Part shown: positions 63,231-64,000 of the stretch, in pieces
How the letters are laid out: the number at the start of each line of letters is the position of its first letter
Numbering within the stretch: the first letter of the stretch is position 1
DNA from: Candidatus Acidiferrales bacterium
GTDB taxonomy: Bacteria > Acidobacteriota > Terriglobia > Acidiferrales > UBA7541
Length of the DNA: 64,000 nucleotides
NCBI GenBank assembly: GCA_030038275.1
Contig: JASHPG010000221.1
Location: forward strand, 3,451-67,450
Direction of reading: 5' to 3'
Notes under the pieces: model-generated
What the model was told of the DNA's origin: nothing
What the model saw: the letters and a program-made list of their open reading frames with translations, nothing else
The model's database searches: none
Translations under genes and position numbers: made by a program

Positions 63231-64000
63231 GGGAATTTACGCTTGAAATTAGCACAGATCGCAGATACCGGCCGACAAATGGCTGGTCAATGAAACGAAA
63301 TAGTTACCCACCAGGATGCAATTCGGTGAGTTTAGGTCCTCGAAACACGCCTCGCCGGATGACGGATGGGTTATGCCCTGCGGCAGCGCCCCTCGATGCG
63401 TCCTGCAACCCCCGGTCCCCAGAGCCCAACGCAACGAATATGCAGGTCTATGTGCATGCGATCCATCGAACCGCATAAAGCACAAGAATTCTGAAAATAG
63501 AGGGACGGAATGTCGGTTCTTGGGCAAGCGCCGAACGGATTTACAGTGATGGCCGACGCACTGTCCAACGTCACCGACGTCTGGAAAGATGTTTGTGACT
63601 TTGGTGAGGCCATGAGCACCGCGTAAGCGTGGCTTCGGCAATGCGTTTTGCTTAGCCATGGCCAGGTAACGGATTTGGAACCAGGAACTCTGCGTTCTTA
63701 GCCGTCCCGAGCGCAAGCGAGGACGGAGTGTCAAGGCCGTCTAACACCTTCCCCAACTTCAGAATCGAATCCTATTGCCGTCAAGTCAACGGCCGACGAC
63801 GCGAAGGGGTGAGGTAGTCGCAACCCAATCCGTTCGCACATTCGTCCCGCGTACCCGAAACATGTATCGCCCGAGCCATTCAGTGCCTCAACTCCGCTCC
63901 GTCACCATCGTATCGCGGGTTGAAAGCATGGTGCGGGGACAACGGTTCCTCTGGAGACCGGCGCACACGCCTCAACCCGTCACGTCACGGGTGGCAGGCG

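Noticed and set aside
63249-63734. 161-aa minus-strand ORF upstream of the giant protein gene
   Set aside because: It has a Cys/His/Arg-rich composition, no motifs, and overlapping alternative ORFs of similar quality on the other strand.
1-64000. CRISPR arrays, rRNA genes, and transposase/integrase, phage or toxin-antitoxin modules
   Set aside because: I found no regularly spaced direct repeats and no recognisable Cas, transposase (DDE), integrase (R..HxxR..Y) or phage structural motifs in any ORF translation. The repeats present are irregular REP/MITE-like elements.

Overview
This is a GC-rich chromosomal segment that looks like Acidobacteriota (Terriglobia-type). The evidence is an ADOP 'acidobacterial duplicated orphan permease', REP-like GTCATCCCG...GATCTGCTGTTGC elements, and a giant Ig-repeat surface protein. 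I saw no rRNA, intact tRNA, CRISPR array, transposase, integrase or phage genes. All calls rest on reading the supplied ORF translations for family motifs and on by-eye nucleotide comparison; no database search was possible.

Gene order:
- A partial PilZ protein (-), a DHA2 MFS exporter (+), an acyl-synthetase/carrier/acyltransferase fusion (-), an MddA-like membrane methyltransferase (-) and a CHRD protein (-).
- One 14.6-kb minus-strand operon: glgE-treS-[GT-A-like]-[TM-helix-repeat protein]-mak-treZ-GH57-treY.
- A stress/repair neighbourhood: dps, DUF1328, ligD divergent from ku, and an FCY1-like deaminase.
- A xylan/xylose set: a GH67 alpha-glucuronidase, xylFGH-xylB-xylA divergent from a GH3 enzyme, and an SGNH esterase. 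It is split in two by an orphan ADOP permease embedded in about 1.9 kb of repeat-mosaic non-coding DNA.
- A Wzx/Wzy-type exopolysaccharide operon (wzz-wzy-GT2-GT4-GT2-wzx-wza, then PGT-wzi) with five consecutive 4-nt start/stop overlaps.
- DUF2945, a 50-nt tRNA-Pro 3' fragment, and a 1289-aa IPT/Ig-repeat protein.

Best follow-up candidates:
1. The uncharacterised two-gene insert inside the trehalose/alpha-glucan operon.
2. A ~360-490 bp dispersed repeat present as two inverted copies 29 kb apart. One copy lies in a long 5' leader.
3. The tRNA-Pro fragment as a possible island boundary next to the giant adhesin.
4. The hydrophobic hairpin with a lipobox-like motif inserted near the C-terminus of that adhesin.
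5. The synthetase-carrier-acyltransferase fusion.
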